42,931 nucleotides of DNA from a virus (taxonomy: Duplodnaviria; Heunggongvirae; Uroviricota; Caudoviricetes): IMG/VR virus record IMGVR_UViG_2541047844_000013, positions 1 through 42,931 of that record; one strand, given 5' to 3'. Position 1 is the stretch's first letter, and every line of letters begins with the position of its first letter. A program made the translations under genes and the position numbers. The notes below the pieces were generated by a model. It saw nothing but the letters and a program-made list of their open reading frames with translations, did not search any database and was not told where the DNA came from. This document shows positions 39,727 to 42,931 of the stretch, piece after piece.

Positions 39727-39990
39727 ATGGCAACTTTAACAAAAAAAGAACGGGCATGGTTGAACGAATTACAGGACGTTCTTGATCGCTGCCCATCACC
39801 GAAAAAAATTGGTTTTTACACCATTGGCGATAAAAGCATTTACCTGTATGACCTGCGCCGCATGGATGAAATCATGGAGGCTCTTGATAATCGTTCGTCG
39901 ATGGATTGGTGTGTTGCTGTCCATGATATGAATGCAGGGTTTGATGAAAAGATTTTGTTCCCCTCATCAGTTGAAAGCACTGCGGGTTAA
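39727..39990 (+). CDS. Hypothetical small protein
   Basis: Start at MATLTKKERAWL with GGAG Shine-Dalgarno; the track ORF extends upstream in frame. Confidence 0.45.
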   Translation: MATLTKKERAWLNELQDVLDRCPSPKKIGFYTIGDKSIYLYDLRRMDEIMEALDNRSSMDWCVAVHDMNAGFDEKILFPSSVESTAG

Positions 39991-40000
39991 GGAGTAACAC

Positions 40001-40546
40001 ATGACCACTATTACCAAAGAACGTATTGAATTGTTCATTAAAAATCCGCTTGAAAACGGGCTTACTCGTGGCGAACAAATGGAACTGGCACGAATTGCAC
40101 TGGCATCACTGGGAGCAGAACCTGTAAGCCAAACTTACAACTTGCCACAAACGCACTTTGAACAGGTTGCTGACCTTTACGAAATGCAATTTGATGACGG
40201 ACGCACTTGTGCCTTTCATACTGATGCGCAAAAGGCTGCGCAATGGCTTCGGGCATGCGACGGAAACAGGGTTCAGGAATACGTGAAACTGGAGCGACTG
40301 CAGAACGCGATATCGGGCAACTCTCCGGTAATTCCGGATGGCTGGATAAGCTGTAGTGAGCGAATGCCGGAAAAGAATAAGAACGTGCTTATTTCGGTGA
40401 ATTTCGATAGCTCTCTGGTTGAGCCGCTAATATGCTCCGCACGCTATACCGGAAGTACATTCCGGCGTGGAGATGTAACGGTTAAGCCAGGTAATGGTAT
40501 TGAGCAAGCAACTCACTGGATGCTGCTACCAGAGCCTCCACTTTGA
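40001..40546 (+). CDS. DUF551-domain phage protein
   Basis: 181 aa; C-terminal ...SERMPE...ATHWMLLPEPP pattern typical of DUF551. Confidence 0.55.
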   Translation: MTTITKERIELFIKNPLENGLTRGEQMELARIALASLGAEPVSQTYNLPQTHFEQVADLYEMQFDDGRTCAFHTDAQKAAQWLRACDGNRVQEYVKLERLQNAISGNSPVIPDGWISCSERMPEKNKNVLISVNFDSSLVEPLICSARYTGSTFRRGDVTVKPGNGIEQATHWMLLPEPPL

Positions 40547-40642
40547 AAGTGAAGCTTATACATATCTTTTACATCAGCAATCTATTGTTAATCTCTAATC
40601 AATGTTACGTTGTCATCTCACTCATGCTTTGGAGGTAGTGAT

Positions 40643-40822
40643 ATGTCTTGTCCAAAATGCGGTTCTGGAAATATTGCAAAAGAAAAAACAATGCGTGGAT
40701 GGTCTGGTGATTATGTGTGCTGCGATTGCGGATACAACGACTCTAAAGACGCATTTGGAGAGCGTGGTAAAAACGAGTTTGTTAAAATTAATAAAGAACG
40801 CGAAGGCAACGAAAAAAGCTAA
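40643..40822 (+). CDS. Small zinc-ribbon protein
   Basis: Start at MSCPKCGSGN with GGAGG Shine-Dalgarno; CxxC...CxxC; last gene of the early-left operon. Confidence 0.45.
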   Translation: MSCPKCGSGNIAKEKTMRGWSGDYVCCDCGYNDSKDAFGERGKNEFVKINKEREGNEKS

Positions 40823-40887
40823 TTTATTTATTCATATATTAAAACAATGTAACCAATATTCGAATTGAAGAACTGAAAGAACACCAA

Positions 40888-40910
40888 GCCGCCTGATGGC
40901 GGTTTTTTAT
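40888..40910 (+). terminator. Rho-independent terminator ending the early-left operon
   Basis: Hairpin GCCGCC-TGAT-GGCGG followed by TTTTTTATT. Confidence 0.7.
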
Positions 40911-40953
40911 TGCCTGATTTGCAGGTTCGATTCCCTATTCGGAGATAGCACTC

Positions 40954-41154
40954 ATGCAACACGAACTACAACCTGATTCACTGGTTGATTTGAAATTCAT
41001 CATGGCCGATACTGGCTTCGGTAAAACCTTCATCTACGACCGAATTAAGTCCGGAGACCTGCCTAAAGCCAAAGTTATCCACGGGCGAGCAAGATGGTTA
41101 TATCGTGACCATTGTGAATTCAAAAATAAGCTCTTAAGCCGCGCCAATGGGTAA
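40954..41154 (+). CDS. torI: Excisionase / recombination directionality factor, TorI (AlpA-family winged helix)
   Basis: 66 aa; MQHELQPDSLVDLKFIMADTGFGKTFIYDRIKSGDLPKAKVIHGRARWLYRDHCEF...; recognised as the KplE1 excisionase TorI; sits just inside attR, opposite end from int. Confidence 0.75.
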   Translation: MQHELQPDSLVDLKFIMADTGFGKTFIYDRIKSGDLPKAKVIHGRARWLYRDHCEFKNKLLSRANG

Positions 41155-41227
41155 AATAGCGGGTAAAATATTTCTCACATCTAAAAAACATCATTCCAAT
41201 CAATCCCCTGCCGCGTCAAGTAGATGT

Positions 41228-41242
41228 CTGCAGGGGACACCA
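41228..41242. repeat. attR core, direct repeat of the argW 3' end (CTGCAGGGGACACCA)
   Basis: Exact 15-bp match to 1069-1083; flanks diverge on both sides. Confidence 0.75.
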
Positions 41243-41367
41243 GATACCCTTCTAACAATATCTACCTTCACCCCGTAAAAGATGGGTTTGGCAGCACACT
41301 TGCCCTATATCTACTCATTTTTACTGCAACAGGTTGAAATCTCAGCACTGTCAGAAAGCGCTGATGA

Positions 41368-41604
41368 CTAAACAGCCCTGGGCCGGGCGATGTAACCATC
41401 ATACAGAATCCTGATAGCGAAATATGGCGTGACTCGATACTTCACTCTGCAATGCGTTCCTTGATGAATTCGCAGGCCCGTGATACACGGGACAAGTCGC
41501 TGAATGACGACAATGTCCTGGAAATCAGCGAACCGCGTATCCGGAGTACATTTGAGCGACTGTACCAGAACATGAATGAGGCGTTTGGATTAGGTGATTA
41601 TTAG
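41368..41604 (+). pseudogene. Possible gene remnant (open frame with no start codon at its 5' end) between attR and cscB
   Basis: 78-codon open frame ending at TAG 41602-41604; internal Met only; no family recognised. Confidence 0.2.
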
Positions 41605-41683
41605 TTGGGCTAAGCATTTTTGTATTATTATTTTCCGGTTGAGGGATATGGAGATATCGACAACAACCGGAAAAAGTTTACGT

Positions 41684-42931
41684 CTATATTGCTGAAGGTA
41701 CAGGCGTTTCCATAACTATTTGCTCGCGTTTTTTACTCAGGAAGAAAATGCCAAATAGCAACATCAGGCAGACAATACCCGAAATTGCGAAGAAAACTGT
41801 CTGGTAGCCTGCGTGGTCAAAGAGTATCCCAGTCGGCGTTGAAAGCAGCACAATCCCAAGCGAACTGGCAATTTGAAAACCAATCAGAAAGATCGTCGAC
41901 GACAGGCGCTTATCAAAGTTTGCCACGCTGTATTTGAAGACGGATATGACACAAAGTGGAACCTCAATGGCATGTAACAGCTTCACTAATGAAATAATCC
42001 AGGGGTTAACGAACAACGCGCAGGAAAGGATACGCAACGCCATAATCACAACACCGATAAGTAATGCATTTTTTGGCCCTACCCGATTCACAAAGAAAGG
42101 AATAATCGCCATGCACAGCGCTTCGAGTACCACCTGGAATGAGTTGAGATAACCATACAGGCGCGTTCCTACATCGTGTGATTCGAATAAACCTGCATAA
42201 AAGACAGGAAAGAGTTGTTGATCAAAAATGTTATAGAAAGACCACGTCCCCACAATAAATATGACAAAAACCCAGAAGTTTCGATCCTTGAAAACTGCGA
42301 TAAAATCCTCTTTTTTTACCCCTCCCGCATCCGCCGCTACACACTGGTGACCCTTATCTTTAAAACGCATGTTGATCATCATAAATACAGCGCCAAATAG
42401 CGAGACCAGCCAGAAGTTGATATGGGGACTGATACTAAAAAATATGCCGGCAAAGAACGCGCCAATAGCATAGCCAAAAGATCCCCAGGCGCGCGCTGTT
42501 CCATATTCGAAATGAAAATTTCGCGCCATTTTTTCAGTGAAGCTGTCAAGCAAACCACATCCCGCCAGATACCCCAGGCCAAAAAAGAGCGCCCCCAGAA
42601 TTAGACCTACAGAAAAATTGCTTTGCAGTAACGGTTCATAAACGTAAATCATAAACGGTCCGGTCAAGACCAGAATGAAACTCATACACCAGATGAGCGG
42701 TTTCTTCAGACCGAGTTTATCCTGAACGATGCCGTAGAACATCATAAATAGAATGCTGGTAAACTGGTTGACCGAATAAAGTGTACCTAATTCCGTCCCT
42801 GTTAATCCTAGATGTCCTTTCAGCCAAATAGCGTATAACGACCACCACAGCGACCAGGAAATAAAAAAGAGAAATGAGTAACTGGATGCAAAACGATAGT
42901 ACGCATTTCTGAATGGAATATTCAGTGCCAT
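41684..42931 (-). CDS. cscB: Sucrose:H+ symporter CscB (LacY-like oligosaccharide/H+ symporter), host gene
   Basis: 415 aa with start codon at the window edge; 12-TM LacY-like profile; recognised as CscB (MALNIPFRNAYYRFASSYSFLFF...). Confidence 0.8.
   Translation of the reverse strand: MALNIPFRNAYYRFASSYSFLFFISWSLWWSLYAIWLKGHLGLTGTELGTLYSVNQFTSILFMMFYGIVQDKLGLKKPLIWCMSFILVLTGPFMIYVYEPLLQSNFSVGLILGALFFGLGYLAGCGLLDSFTEKMARNFHFEYGTARAWGSFGYAIGAFFAGIFFSISPHINFWLVSLFGAVFMMINMRFKDKGHQCVAADAGGVKKEDFIAVFKDRNFWVFVIFIVGTWSFYNIFDQQLFPVFYAGLFESHDVGTRLYGYLNSFQVVLEALCMAIIPFFVNRVGPKNALLIGVVIMALRILSCALFVNPWIISLVKLLHAIEVPLCVISVFKYSVANFDKRLSSTIFLIGFQIASSLGIVLLSTPTGILFDHAGYQTVFFAISGIVCLMLLFGIFFLSKKREQIVMETPVPSAI

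Larger units (their letters stand above)
1069..41242. mobile_element. Complete P22-like (Sf6/HK620-type) lambdoid prophage integrated at argW; attL core 1069-1083, attR core 41228-41242
   Basis: Identical 15-bp direct repeats CTGCAGGGGACACCA at both ends; full set of integration, structural, lysis, replication and immunity genes between them; ~40.2 kb, typical P22-like genome size. Confidence 0.85.

Noticed and set aside
40602-40868. 88-aa ORF overlapping the zinc-ribbon gene in another frame
   Set aside because: The alternative frame (40643-40822) has a strong Shine-Dalgarno and a CxxC...CxxC pattern; this frame lacks both.
40919-40934. Partial argW T-arm match considered as the prophage right boundary
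   Set aside because: It lacks the terminal CTGCAGGGGACACCA identity with attL, and torI, the expected excisionase, lies beyond it; the true core repeat is at 41228-41242. Retained as a finding only.
1-42931. CRISPR arrays, insertion sequences, transposase genes, rRNA
   Set aside because: No spacer-repeat periodicity, no terminal inverted repeats flanking a transposase-like ORF and no rRNA-like sequence were seen on reading the window.

Overview
The window is essentially one complete ~40.2 kb mosaic lambdoid prophage with P22-like (Sf6/HK620-type podovirus) structural genes, integrated at the 3' end of tRNA-Arg argW. It lies between host yfdC (left edge) and the sucrose permease gene cscB (right edge) and is bounded by a 15-bp direct repeat CTGCAGGGGACACCA (1069-1083, the argW 3' end, and 41228-41242). 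Left to right: argW, a P4-family integrase (IntS-like), a small membrane protein, then a minus-strand late block (chimeric tailspike, ejection proteins, tail needle and hub, coat, scaffold, portal, terminase), a lambda-type lysis cassette (S, R, Rz/Rz1), two tRNA-like genes, Q, a nin region carrying a Dam methyltransferase, a primase-helicase, an HNH endonuclease and an O-like initiator with ori iterons. The immunity region follows (cII, nutR, cro, OR, cI, OL, nutL, N), then a plus-strand early-left operon (cIII, kil, Sak4 plus cognate SSB, Ead/Ea22 paralogues, DUF551) ending in a terminator and a TorI-like excisionase next to attR. I found no single obviously novel multi-gene system; the best candidates for uncharacterised accessory functions are an orphan mnt with its own operator beside the tailspike, a divergent lipoprotein pair, a membrane protein co-transcribed with cI, the Dam/PAPS-reductase pair and the tRNA-like genes in the late leader. 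All family assignments come from reading the translations against remembered sequences and motifs; no database search was run, and coordinates of RNA and regulatory sites are hand-derived.
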